Under the pieces are notes generated by a model. That model worked only from the letters and a program-made list of their open reading frames with translations, ran no database searches and had not been told where the DNA came from. Positions 24,860-38,399 of a stretch of 64,000 bases of DNA are shown in pieces. How positions within the stretch are numbered: the stretch's first letter is position 1; each line of letters starts with the position of its first letter. The position numbers and the translations under genes are program-made. This DNA comes from Torpedo marmorata (Eukaryota). The DNA is taken from NCBI GenBank assembly GCA_977017645.1, contig OZ360230.1, forward strand, positions 81,964,001 through 82,028,000, given 5' to 3'.

Positions 24860-25630
24860 AATCGCAAAAGTGCTGGAGAAGCAGATCATGCATCATCTAT
24901 AGGAAGTAAAGGGTGACCAACATTTCGGCCATGAGTCCTTTGTCAAGGTATGAGAAAAAAAACAGGCAGACGCCTGAGTAAAAAAAGTGGGGTGGGGGGG
25001 GGAAGAGGAGAGGAGGAAGAAAGGGGCAGGGGGAGGGGCACAGGCTAACAGGTAAGAGGTCATAGCTGGGAGGCGAGAAAAAAGCTGAGAAGTGATGGGA
25101 GGCGGTAGCTTTCTGAATGGAAAGGGAAGGGTAGTGGGTGGGGAGCTGGAGGAAAGGAGACAGGGATAGGGAAAGAGAGAGACTCAGGGGAGGGGTTTAA
25201 TGAACCTGGAGAAATCAATGTTAATGCAATCTGGTTGGAGAGTGCCCAGAAGGAATATAAGGTGCTTTTCCTCCCATTTGCAGGTAGCCTCGGTTTGGCA
25301 GTGCATGAGGCCATGGATAGGCATGTCAGTGTGGGAATGGTGTGTGGAATTAAAATGGTTGGCCACTGGGAGGACTCTGTTATTGCAGTGGACAGAGCGA
25401 AGGTGCTCAACGAATAGATCTCCCATACTGCGTCCAGTCTCTGCGATGTGGAGGAGGCCACAATGGGAGCACTGGATGCAGTAGATGATCTATGAAGATT
25501 CAGAAGTGAAGTGTTTCTTCACTTGGAAGGACTGTTTGGGGCCCTAAATGGTGGTGAGAGAGGAGGTGTGGGCGCAGGTGTAGCATTTCTTGCGCTCACG
25601 GGTAGGTACTGAGGGGGTGATTAGTGGGAA
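24860..25630 (-). mobile_element. Penelope-like element 3' fragment (GIY-YIG endonuclease + terminal repeat)
   Basis: IYCIQCSHCGLLHIAETG, EHLRSV, PVANHFN, EKHLIFLLGTLQP..INIDFS. Confidence 0.88.
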
Positions 25631-26299
25631 GGTGCATCTTCCCCTCCCCCTTTCCACAGGGGCCGCTCCCTCTTGGACTCCCTCGTCCACTCATCCCTTC
25701 TCACCTTGATGTTTGTTACGTTCTGTACTTTGCCATTCGGACAGTTCATGACATGGCTGACCACAGCATGCTAAATTAAAGGAACTCCACTGTTATTCAG
25801 GCAGATAAAGCTGCACTCAGCTCATTCCATTCTTATCTGCCTAATTGTAACCAGAGAATCATCAGTGATAGCTCTTCATCCCACATTCTCAATTATCCTG
25901 CCCTTTACCATCATCATCTGCAAACACAATTTGAATTTCCCTTTACAGTGATGATTCCCAGCTTTACCTCAACAACCCCATTTTGTAAACTGACAGATTA
26001 TTTGTTCTTCATTCAGCCACTTTTCAGTATTTGGATATAGACTGACAAATGTTGAGTAATATTCCTGCTATGCAATGGCCATCTCTCAAAGATAGGGGTC
26101 AGAAAACATTTGTGGAGAAAGAAACGGGGAACATTTCAGGCAATAACCTATCTAGGAGAAGTTGGAAAATAAGCATGTTTTAAGTTGCAAAGGAGTTGGG
26201 AGGACAAAAGGTATATGTCCAATAGGAGGGACCAGATCTCTGAAGACAAAAATGAGAAATTTCTTCACTCAGAGGGTGGTGAATTTTTCAAAATCTTTA

Positions 26300-26500
26300 C
26301 TCCAACATAATGAAAACTCCATGGACTCCATCTACATATCCTGCTGTCTGGGAAAGCAGCCAAAATATTGAAAGAACCATCACACCCTGGACAAACTATC
26401 TTTTCCATCCTGCTATCAGGGAGAAGGCTGTGGAGTGCGAAAACATGCACCAACGGGCTTGAGCACAATTTCTTCCTTGCAGCCACTAGGCTTCTGAATG
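26300..26500 (+). mobile_element. Old Rex1/Babar 3' fragment
   Basis: aaagcagccaaaatattgaaagaaccatcacaccctgga...ctgctatcagggagaagg (degenerate KAA.ILK.P.HPG...SGRR). Confidence 0.6.
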
Positions 26501-26870
26501 AGCCCCAAAACAGTTCTATCGTGCTGCCTGCCCTTGCTTAGTGCTAATTGTCATCCTGTACTCTGTAAATTGTGCTCTATGCCCAGCTGTATGCAATATA
26601 TGCAATCTTCAGTTTTTTTACTTTGTACATAATAATGCCTTGTATTTACATCTATTACAACTTTTCAGCTAACTTACCAATAAACACTCATTGATTTGCT
26701 TCCCATCATCCATTGTCCATCTGTTTTAATTTTTGCAATTCCTTACATTAATATCATTGTCTTTGCTCTTTGGCTTCCAATCTCATCAGGGTGATTATGT
26801 TGCTGTTTCAGAGACTTTGGTGCCTTGCTTACTACATGCCAACAATGAGCACTCTTAAAATGTATTTAAT

Positions 26871-28410
26871 TGTGCCTGCTTTGAGAAGAAGAACCAAACA
26901 GTGCCTACTAGAATCCCTGAAAAGGTTGAGGACCCTGTGATATCTGTCTCTGAGGGCGACGTCAGAACATTATTCAAGAGGGTGAACCCTCGCAAGGCGT
27001 CAGGCCCTGGCGGCGTACCTGGCAGGGTACTGAAAATCTGCACCAACCAACTAGCCGGAGTGTTCACGGACATTTTCAACCTCTCATTGTGGCAGTCAGA
27101 GGTTCGCACCTGCTTCAAAAGGGCATCAATCATCCCGGTACCCAAGAAGAGAAGTGTGAGCTGCCTCAACGACTACCGCCCAGTAGCACTAACTTCTACT
27201 GTGATGAAATGCTTTGAGAGGCTGGACATGGCCAGAATTAACACGTACCTAAGCAAAGATCTGGACCCACTACAATTCGCCTATCGTCACAATCGCTTCA
27301 CAGCAGCTGCAATATCGCTGGCTCTCCACTCAGCTCTGGATCACCTCGAAAAAAGCAATTCATATATACGGCTGCTCTTCATCGACTACAGCTCGGCCTT
27401 CAATACCATTATTCCCTCAGTGCTGGTCAAGAAGCTACAAACTCTAGGCCTCTGTACACCCCTCTGCAACTGGATCCTTGACTTTCTCATCGGAAGACCA
27501 AAGTCAGTACGAATTGGAAACAATGTCTCCTCCTCACTGATTATCAACACAGGCGCACCCCAAGGATGCGTGCTTAGCCCACTGCTCTACTCGTTATGTA
27601 CCCATGACTGTGTGGCCAGGCACAATTCCAATGCCCTCTACAAGTTTGCCGATGACACCACAGTTGTCGGCGGAATCACAAACGGCAATGAGGAAGCGTA
27701 CAGGAGGGAGATAGATCAGCTCGTTGAATGGTGTAACGACAACAACCTTGCACTCAACGTCAGCAAAACCAAGGAGATGATTGTGGACTTCAGGAGGAAG
27801 TCAGGGGAACACAACCCAGTCCTCAAATTCCTGGGTGTCAACATTTCCAAGGATCTGTCCTGGAGCCTCCACGTTGATGGCTATACTTTGTGAGATGTCT
27901 GAGGAGATTCGGTATGTCACCGAAGACTCGTAAACTTCTACAGGTGTACCGTGGAGAGCATTTTGGCTGGTTGCATCACTGCCTGGTATGGAGGCGCCAA
28001 CTCCCAGGACAAGAGTAAACTCCAGAGGGTTGTTAACTCGGCCGGTGACATCACAGGCACCAAACTTCACTCCATCGAGGACATCTACATGAGGCGGTGT
28101 CTTAAAAAAAGCAGCCTCTATCCTCAAAGACCCCCACCACCCAGGCCATGCCCTCTTCACTCTGCTTCCATTGGGAAAAAGGTACAGGAGCCTAAAGACG
28201 AGCACTCAACGGCACAAGGACAGCTTCTTCCCCGCTGCCATCAGATTCCTGAATAATCAATGAACCAAAGACACTGCCTTACTTTTCGTGCACTATTGTT
28301 TATAATTTTTTATAGTAATGTCGTAAGATGGTTTATATGAATGTTTGCACTATGATGCTGATGCAAAACACCAAATTTCATGACTTGTTCATGACAATAA
28401 ATTCTGATTC
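26871..28410 (+). mobile_element. Rex1/Babar LINE, 5'-truncated, with small internal deletions (GIGYF2 intron)
   Basis: ORF 26901-27893 RT motifs; near-identical to 5167-6748; tail gacaataaattctgattc. Confidence 0.95.
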
Positions 28411-28963
28411 AGGATGTATTGAGATCACAAATAATAACCATTCATAATAATGTATTTTATATCTTTTAATTGAGATCACTTAATGTTAATGCGTTTTATA
28501 TTTTTAATTGTAGCAGTGTGTCTCGGACTTTTTTAAGCAATACAAAGCTAAAATTAAGACAGACATGCTCTGCACACATAATGTCATGAGCTTAAATAGT
28601 TTTGGTCAGAAATGTCTCCTTCCCACTATTCACAACAGTCAGCATAATCTTGATTTATTTTGGTAATTGCTGATTTATATTAAAATAAGTGTTTTACAAT
28701 ACCACTAGTTCTGTAATTTTCCATGTGCTGATTTTTGAAGAACGGAGAGAAACTACAGTTTCAGAAGCCAAGGAAAGTTAAAATATTTAATGTATAATTT
28801 GAAGTAAGGAAGTATTTTTTAAAAAATCAGAGTCGGCAAATTTCAAAAGGGACAAATTTTGTTCATGTAGGCAAATAAATTTAGTTTTAAAAGAAAAGTA
28901 ATTTTTACTGTATATTTTAGACATAGCATATATAACTTGATTTTGATGTCCTTTATGCTTTAG

Positions 28964-29114
28964 GATTCAGGAATCTCTGAAATTCAAATGACAGGTCTTC
29001 AGTCCATATATCCATCAAATCACAGCAGAAATCAGCAGCCAAATTTTGAATGTGTACAGGCTGGAAAGAGAAAGAAAAAACAGAAGATGATACGTGCTGA
29101 TCCCAGCATCTTAG
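28964..29114 (+). CDS. GIGYF2: GIGYF2 penultimate coding exon
   Basis: tttag|...|gttagt; DSG...NQQPNFECVQAGKRKKKQKMIRADPSILG. Confidence 0.95.
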
Positions 29115-30879
29115 GTTAGTACTTAACTTTCACAGCCATACTGTTATTGTGCATTTAACTTGTAAAACTTGCAATATCTTGGATCTGGTCACAGTTCTGT
29201 AGCAAATTATTTTGCAGACCATTGGTGGTCAGTTGCTGTTTCCTTCACCAGCTGCAGTTCTGCTGAAGCATACTGCTTTGCACCTTTTGCAAATGTGATG
29301 AGAGAACGACAGACAAGAAAAGGTCATAATTATCTTCAATGAACTGTGCAGATTTGATTTCATTCTGACAAAACAAGCACAATATTTTGAATTTATAGGC
29401 ATGTATTAGTTCAGGTCTAATGCTGTTTTAAGTATTGTGGCTTGAGACTTGTAACTGCAGTTAAGATATGAGCTTTGCAAAGCCAAATTGAATAAGACTA
29501 CCTCATAACATGCACAAAGTGGAAGAATGCTGTTGTGTTTGCAGTAGAAAAGAAATCAAATGGTATTATCTGGAATACAAATGCTACTTGCGTTGTCTTA
29601 ATAAAAAGCATTAACCAAGAAAGGAAAAAATTGATAGAAGATAGAAGAAGGACCATTAACACTTTTCAAAGAATTTTATATCCACATGTGTCAAAAGTCA
29701 AGTTTCAAACTTTCATGTTGTTTACTGCAATCAGTTGTATTTAGTTTTGCAAATGTGCATCTGTTTATTATTCGTACTAACTTCAGCCTTCGCGCAATTT
29801 TTCACCGTTTTTCAGTTCATTTCTCGGATATTGGCATTGTTGGCAAGATCAGCAATTCTTGCCTGAATTTCCCTTTGAAAGAGACTAGCAAGCCATTTAT
29901 TTCAAAGGGCAGTTAAGAATCAACTATCTTGCTTGTGTTTATGGTAATGTAGCCCAGACTAGGTAAAGGCAACAATTTCTTTTCCTGATTGATAGCAAAG
30001 CAAGAGGAATGCAGCTAGTAGTTTTGTTGACCTTTTGACTGAAATCTACTTTTTAATTAGCTATTTATTTATCTGCATGAAGCTAAATATCCTAGCTGCC
30101 ATGGTGGGGTTCAACCCCTTTAGAAAATAATTAACTCAATAAGGTTTGAGCATCTAAATTTAGTGTACCATGTTTGGTATTTTCCTCTACATTGGAGAAA
30201 CCCAAACATGGATATTGGGTGATTGCTTTGTGAAGCATCTGCACTCAGGAAAGAACATGACAAATGTAGTTTAATGTGGGGAAAAAATGTGATGTGCTCC
30301 ACTTTGGTGCACAAAAATAGAAAAGCAGTGTTTCGTTATATTGCAGAAGGCTGGTACTGCATAAGGAAGTGTATGAGAAAACTAAGATGCACCATCTATT
30401 GAGTTCTTCTGACTGAACATATTTGCAGATGAGTCAGCCTTTAGCTCTCACATGCTGGACCCTGCCACAGTTGATGTGGATGTACATGTAGATGCTGCCT
30501 CCTACAAGCTATTTAGTTATCCAGTGCAAATTGAGACTCCATGGTGAGATCTCAGTGGTCCTGATCCATTGGTTTTGGTCATTTGGTCTGTCTGTTGAAT
30601 GCTGTTCTAATTGCTGAGCTTGCAAGTAGGTCTGAATTGCAACCCCTCGAGACTCCAATTAGTTTTATGTATACCTGATGATGGTATGTCCTTTATTAAT
30701 GAACCAATGTTGATCCCCAGGCTTGATAATAATGGTGGAGTGAGGGATGTGCAGACCATGGAGTTTACAGATTGTATTGATGTATATTTATACTGCTGAT
30801 GAAGATGCACAGAGCCTTGTGTTAAACTGCCAGATTTGTTCAGAGTCCATCCCATTAAATTCATTTTAGGTACTATTCT

Positions 30880-31620
30880 GTTTTATTGTCATGTAATAAA
30901 ACAGAAATGTAATATAACACAAAATTGCCTTTAGCCTGCCAGAAAGCAGACAAAGATTCACCATTAGCATTGCCCAGCGTCCTTTACAGTCAGAAAGAAA
31001 AGCAAAAGAGAGTCCCCTCAGAGTCGCTGCGTGTCCATGGATTCACCTCCAGCCGCACAAGACTCCAGTTCAGTTCAAACCATCAGAAACCCGACCGCAG
31101 ATCCAAACCTCTGACAAGATGAGGAAGCCTTCAGCCGCCCAGGGCCATACGCGAGCCTTTCTTGCCCTCGGCACCCTCTCGAATCCCTGATTCTCATGAC
31201 CCAGTCTTCAGCAGCCAGTAGCCTGGTGTGAGTCCTTTGACCTCAAGTTTCCCGCAGCCTGTGTGGGTTCCTCGCCCGCAAGTTGCCAACAGCTTGCCGC
31301 CTATGTGTGTCCTTCAGGCGCAGAACCCCTCGCTGGTCCATCACCGTGGTTACTGTCCTTGGGGTCGTCTCCTCTGCTGCTTCTTCTCAACAGTGGGTAT
31401 TCTCCCCATTACAAGTGCCCTGCATCAGTCTGCTGCTCCCCCGGAATCACGGCTCTTTCAACATTAGCCATTGAAAGCTTGTACGGAGCCATCGGCAGTA
31501 GGACTTGGCGGTAGAACCCTCCAGGGGAGCACTGTGTGTCTGCTCCTCGCCCACCCGAGTCCGTACCAGCGGAAGCGCTGCCATTACAGCAGCTTCAGCC
31601 TCCTTGCTATTTTTTTGTGT
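30880..31620 (-). mobile_element. Non-autonomous retroelement (SINE-like) with a Rex1-like 3' tail
   Basis: Minus strand ends CATGACAATAAAA; homologous to 13930-14045; GC-rich non-coding body. Confidence 0.55.
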
Positions 31621-31987
31621 TGTGGCAAACAACACACTGTGAAAAAATGACTTTTTCCAAATAAAGGCTTTGACCAATCATGTTGTAAACAGATTCATCT
31701 GCCATGGGCAGCTTGGTGAAGGATGCGATCAAGTTGCGTTGGTTCACTCATTATCTGTCACAGAACTGATCTGATTGCAATGCTCTTTGTGATGCAACCA
31801 AATGGATGTTGAAGATCACTGCCATGTGTACTTGATAGTTTCTTTTATGCACTGTTCCACATATATAAACACTAATTTACTGCTCAAGTGAATCAATGGT
31901 GGGAATTGTTTTGATGAAATTATCAGTGACTTTGTGATTGCAGAGAAGATGTTCACTTTTTTTTTTAAAAAGGCTATATCCAATAGA

Positions 31988-33723
31988 CTGAGCTTCTCTC
32001 AGTCAAAGCTTCTCTCCCAGAGGAATTCAACGCCTTCTACACCCGATTTGACGACAGTAACAGCGAAGAACCACCCCTCCGCACCACCACATCCCCTGAC
32101 GATCCCATCCTGTCTGTATCTGAGGATGACGTGCGTGCTGCCTTGAGGAGAGTGAATCAGAGGAAAGCATCCGGCCCGAATGGAGTACCTGGCCGAGTAT
32201 TAAAGATCTGTGCTGACCAACTTACCAAGGTATTCACGGATATCTTCAATATCTCGCTCCAGCAGGGCGTGGTACCCACCTGTTTCAAACAGGCATCAAT
32301 CAGGTGCCCAAGAAGAGTGCAGTAACCTGCCTTAATGACTATCGACCAGTAGCACTTACATCAACAGTGATGAAGTGTTTTGAAAGGCTGGTGATGAAGC
32401 ATATCAGCTCCTGTCTGAGCAGTGACACGGATCCATTGCAGTTCGCCTATTGTAGAAACAGGTCTATGGCGGATGCCATCTCACTGGTTCTACACAAAGC
32501 CCTAGAACACCTGGACAGCAAAGATGCATACATCAGGATGCTCTTTATCGACTACAGTTTGGCATTTAACACCATCATCCCCTGAAAACTGATCAGCAAA
32601 CTCCAAGACCTGGGAGTTAACACCCCACTGTGTAATTCGATCATGGATTTCCTCACCTCCCAACCACAATCAGTGAGGATTGGTAAGAACTTCTCCTCCA
32701 CAATCTTCATCAGTACCGGAGCACCACAGGGCAGTGTTCTTAGCCCCCTGCTCTACTCACTTTACACCTACGACTGTGTAGCTCGGTACGATAATAACAC
32801 CATCTACAAATTTGCTGACAATACCACGGTAGTGGGTTGTATAAAGGATGGGGATGAGTCAGCATACAGGATGGAGATTGAAAACTTGGCTGAATGGTGC
32901 ACCAAAAACAACCTTGCACTCAATTGTCACCAAAACTGATTGTTGACTTCAGGAAAGGAAAGCCAGAGGTATACAATCCAGTGATCATTGGGGGATCAGA
33001 GGTGGAGAGGGTGAGCAAATTTAGATTCTTGGGAGTCACTAACTCGGAAGATCTTTCCTGGACCTAACACCAACGGCATCGTGAAGAAAGCACGTCAGTG
33101 CCTCTACTTCCTCAGGAGTTTGCGGAGGTTTGGTATGTCACCAGAAACCCTGGCAAATTTCTACAGAGGTGTGGTGGAAAGTGTGCTGACCGGCTGCATC
33201 ACGGTCTGGTATGGGAACACCAATACCCCTGAGCGTAAAGCCCTCCAAAAGGTAGTGGACACAGCCCAGGACATCACAGGCAAAACTCTCCCCACTATTG
33301 AGTACATCTACGGGGAACGCTGCCGTCAGAGGGCAGCAGCAATCATCAAAGACCCACACCACCCAGCACACGCTCTGTTCTCGCTGCTGCCATCAGGAAA
33401 GAGGTATAGGTGCCACAAGACTCGCACCACCAGGTTCAGGAACAGCTGCTACCCCCCACCATCAGACTCCTCAACGACAAACTCAATCAGAGACTCATTT
33501 AAAGACTCTTACTTGTGCACTTTATTGATATTCTTTTGTTCTCTCTCTATTGCACAGTCAGTTTGTTTACATTCGTTATCTGTTTACAGTTCTTTTATTT
33601 GTTTACATGTTTACACTGTGTACAGGTTATTTTTTGCATTACCAATTATTGGAAATTCTGCTGCGCCTGCAGGATAAAAGAATCTCGGTTGTATGTACTC
33701 TGACAATAAATCTGAAAATCTGA
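31988..33723 (+). mobile_element. Rex1/Babar LINE, second subfamily, 5'-truncated and frameshifted
   Basis: [49 protein letters not shown]; tail tgacaataaatctgaaaatctga. Confidence 0.93.
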
Positions 33724-33812
33724 TTTGTTTAAAAGATGCAAGTGCCAGAAGTACGTATGCCAGTTATAGCCAAAGTAAATAAATGTTTCCCTTTTTTTCC
33801 TTTCCTTTGCAG

Positions 33813-33880
33813 GTTTTTCTGTAAATGCTTCATCAGAGCGCCTGAACATGGGAGAAATTGAGACACTTGATGACTACTGA
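33813..33880 (+). CDS. GIGYF2: GIGYF2 terminal coding exon
   Basis: Polypyrimidine tract + cag|; GFSVNASSERLNMGEIETLDDY-TGA, matching the human GIGYF2 C-terminus as I recall it. Confidence 0.97.
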
Positions 33881-35154
33881 ACATAAGCAAACTCTTGATT
33901 TATTTAAAAAGTTGTTGATCATGAATTCTGAATGCATCAATCAATATCAATTAATTAAAAATAATCTGTCACCTTGAGTTCATGTCTGTCTTTGGTACTT
34001 CAACACACTGATTTGTTGTGGCCCCTTCATTCATAATGCAATCATGTTTCAAGTACAAAGCAGCCACTTCAAAGGGCTCTGCACCAACCTGCAATTTTCT
34101 GAGTCTAGAATCACTGTTTTTATAATGTAACATTAGTGGTGCACTTGTTTCCTTATCCGTTTATTGTTGGATTTTATTCAGAATACATGATTAACGTGTC
34201 TATTCAATGTTGGTCATGTTAACATCCATTGTTTGGTTGACATTACAAAGCAATCCTGTCAGTAATGTATTTATAAGATCATTCTTTAACACACATGTTG
34301 AAGTGCTTGCTTTCGTACTGAGATGTAAAAAAGATGGTTTGGATATTGTAAGGATATCCATTTAGTTTTTGTGAGGAGTACCTAATCTTTCCTTGCCCCC
34401 TTTAGGAAGTATTTAACCATTTTTTGGCCGTGTACAGTTTTTTTGAAATTAATATATTTACAATATTCAATACAGTAATGCCGTCTTGAAATATGCAGCT
34501 ATGATCAATAATAAGTTGGTTGAATTATTTCTGGGAATCCAGAAATCGAGGTTTTCATCGTTCTACAGTTGCTGCATGAAGGTGGCAATGTGTAACTAGA
34601 CATGGAAGAAATTTCACTTTCCGTCACTGTTAGAGCATGCATGTGCAGGCCAGTGCCCAATAAGGAGTTTTCTCTCTTACAGGGGCTTTATCCACTTCTT
34701 GTACAGGTTGTATTTTAAAATTGTTCAATAGTAAATCTTTTACAGCATCTTGGCCTAATTAAAATCTGTTTATACAACATGAGGATGACTATGGAAAAAT
34801 GCTGCAGCTACTGTATGCCACCAGTTATATCCAACATTGAATTTGCAGCTTACTGTATTTAGGTGTACAGAAGATTCCCTTTGAAAGGGAACTTGGGTAA
34901 TTGACCCTTTGGTGACTGAAGGACTTTTAGTTTCTGAGAAACATGTTTTGAATTACTTTTTAAAAAAAATAAGATTCTGTACAAACATAATGCTAAATGT
35001 TGAACTGAGTTATATACACAGAACATGTCTCTGGAGTGCATTCTGAATTAAAGAAAATGCAGTGAACGTGTTTTGCTGTCACTGCTTACTTCATGTCACT
35101 TTTCTAAAGCTAGTGTTTTTAATATTTTTCTTCAAATTCAATTCAAATTAATTA

Positions 35155-35974
35155 CAGGTAGTCCTCGACTTACAACCATAATTTGGACCGAAGGATTGGT
35201 CGTAACTTGGATTGGTTGTAACTCGGATTCGCTCTACCGCGTATATCTTAACGAGGTCTTAAAGCAATTTTTCAAAAACATTTTCAACAAATGAACCTTT
35301 AATGAAGAATCTCAACATATGTACTGTACAATACCTTTAATAAAGATACATTGAAACCCTGATTTTACGCGCCCCAATTTAACGCGAATTCGGATATAAT
35401 GCGATGAGTCATTGGACTCGGGCGTCGGGCAGGAGCGGCGGCTCAATGGCCGTCTTCGTTACCCATAATCCTCCACGCAGCTGGAACCGCTCTGCGTTTC
35501 CCTGGCACTGGCAGAGCGGTTCCAGCTGCGTGGGGGATTATGGGTAACGAAGACGGCCATTGAGCCTCCGCTCCTGCCCGTCGCCCGAGTCCAATGACTA
35601 CTTCTAGACGTGTTTAAACATGCTGCTGAGTCGTTAAGCTGTGAGCATTCAGCATCGTCGCACACTTTATTTGTTTCCTGCTGGCGAAATTGCCATTTCT
35701 GGTTTACTAAAAATTAATTTGTGTTTTAATTTCAACTGTAACAACGATTTATTGAAACCCCGATTTAGCGCGACCCCGCTTTTTTCGCGATGCGATTTTT
35801 TGGACCCAAACTATCGCGTTATAACGGGGTTCCACTGTACTCAACATATGAACTTCACGTAAATACTGTAATAAAGAATCTCAACATATATACAGTACTT
35901 TTAATACAAAAAAAATTTTGGTCATATGTGCGGGTGGACATAACTCGCGTAGGTCGTAAGTTGAGGACTACCTG
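35155..35974. mobile_element. Tigger/pogo-like MITE
   Basis: TIRs CAGGTAGTCCTCGACTTAC / GTAAGTTGAGGACTACCTG; TA on both flanks. Confidence 0.85.
35349..35837. mobile_element. Second Tigger-like MITE nested in the first, with an internal 89-bp inverted repeat
   Basis: ta|CATTGAAACCCTGATTTTACGCG ... CGCGTTATAACGGGGTTCCACTG|ta; arms at 35407-35495 and 35511-35599. Confidence 0.8.
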
Positions 35975-38399
35975 TAATTAATTTGGGTTTTTTTTTTAAA
36001 GTAGGCACAACTCATCCTCTTTCCCAATCGCCCTACAGTGGCAAGGGTTAATTTGGCAGCTGAGTGGTGGTCAGGGAAAGATGGATTATAGGTGTAAACT
36101 TGGTCTCATCACAATGGCACTACAATTTACAACTCATCATATGCCACTTATTGTTATCCTTTCAATGCTTTATGCACCTGTACACTTTATGGACATTTGT
36201 TCCAGTAAAATACAAATCGTCAGGAAAGGCAGCAAATCAAAATCCATAAAAAAACAACACAGCCTTAATTTTATTAAGGTGCTTTTCTACTTTTGTTAAT
36301 TGCAGGTATTTTGTCTGCTAATAAAGTGACAATACAGTAGTAAGAACCTATTGTGCTGAGTCAATGCTTAAAATATCCTGCTGGAATAAAGGACCTCCAA
36401 TGTTTAGTCACATTGGAGTTTTCATGAAGGATTCCATCTCCTTAAAGGCATAATTTATTTAAAAATTGAACATTGAAAACATATTCTGCATAATAAAATT
36501 TGTATACAGGTTTTGAACTGTTTCTCTTGTGATATCTACATTACTGACATCCATCTGCACATCCCAGCTACTGTTTTTTCTGAAAACAATTACCGGTATT
36601 TTGTTTTTACAGTGCATTGATCAATGATACTGAAATTCTTAAAGGATTTTTCGTTAACAGTTGAACACTTTGTCCTCATCCCCCATGTTTTAATATTCAG
36701 AACACATATTCATATATGTATCTTCAGTTTTAGGATATTGTTCTGTGTTCCATTGAGTTATACAATAATCAGTATGTTGAAGAATTAATAGTTATAATAT
36801 TCACACAACCCAGGAAGAACTAACAAAACTCCAAAAGTTGCTCATACAAAGAAATCATGTGCCCTAGGCTGAGAAGTATACTCATTTGTCTAAAGGATAG
36901 TCCATTTAAAAATGAATTATTCCAATACTTTTCATATCTTTAAAGCAAAATCACTGAAATGCAACTTTATATTCCATTTATAAGCTATTTTAATGTTTGG
37001 CTCAAAACACGTGCACTATGGATTTTGAGGTAACTAAAGCAATCCTTTTTGTTTAATTTGCAGTTCATAGTTCATCCTTCAAATTAGGTCAGAGTTCAAT
37101 TTGCTCATGTTATTTCCAACATATTACTGCTTCTACCAAGTATGTTAAAAAAGATTGTGCTTCAGAATCCAGATATTTTAGAATATTGTAGTACCATCCC
37201 CTTCAGATATCAAGTTTCTCCAAGGAGATAAATATTTGTTTCTGTTGCATAGAATTTCACATTGAAAAGTATTACCACATTAAAATTTCTTTTTTGTATA
37301 TGTAATTGAATTTTCCCCAAAATAAATTTATGTTCAGAGCTTTATAATATTTCAATGTGCAAGACAAGGTACTATTCCAATACAAGTACTGTACATTTAA
37401 AGAAATTAACACAGCCAAAATGTTGCCACGTTGAAGCGTATCTTGCAAAGCTAACTGGTTTCCTGTTTTTTTTTCCCAATTAAATTCCTAAATTGGTTAT
37501 TCTGATTAAGGTGATCAAAGTATTTTTTCTGCACAGGAATCAGTTTTACTTTTAAGGTTAGGATTTAGTTGTGTGTCAAAACAGCAAATCAATTTGCTTG
37601 AAAATCATCCTTAAAAACAATAATTCTTCATAAATTTTGATTTTTTTTTATATGCCAGGCATTAAGCCAAAATTATACTGTCTCAAAGACCTCAGATTAT
37701 TCAGATATATACATGAAATGTGCATATTTATTTTCCCTTTGATCCAGGAATACTGTTTGGAATTGTTTCTTGTACAACTGGGAAAGAAGGGACCACTGAG
37801 AAAAGAATATTCAGCTATTTAACAATCTCACTTGTGTGTAAACTTTCATTATCTGTGTTGTATCAGAGATGATTATTCATTTCTTCATGCCAAACTATTT
37901 GGAGGAGCTGGAAGACTAGATGTTTTTTTCCTTGTTCTTGGCGTCTTTTGTGAATGCTTATTCACAAATGGTGAATTTACAATCGTAGATTGGTATTTTC
38001 ATTAAGGTGCAAAAATATGTAAATAAGAAAAAAAATAAATGAATTCTAAGATTAAAATGCTTGATCTTTAATTTGACATTTACTGACTTGAAATATGTGT
38101 TAAATGTTCATCTAAAATAATGCAGCTTTCCAGTTACAGAATAAAGGATGGCGAGGACAGGATAAAAAGGAAATTATAATGTGAAAATCAAGAGAAATGA
38201 AAAGGGGAGTGAGGACAAGTAAAGAAGTAAAGGTGTCTGGAAGAAATGTAAATTGGAGAAACAGTCATTTGAAATTACCAAAGGAAATAGTTCAGTTCCT
38301 CAAAATCTGAAAGCCATAAAAGTGCTAAAAATGAACATTAATTCAAGCCATTGAACTAAATATTATGATGTACTTAGTTGGAAGAAGTATTGTTCTTTA

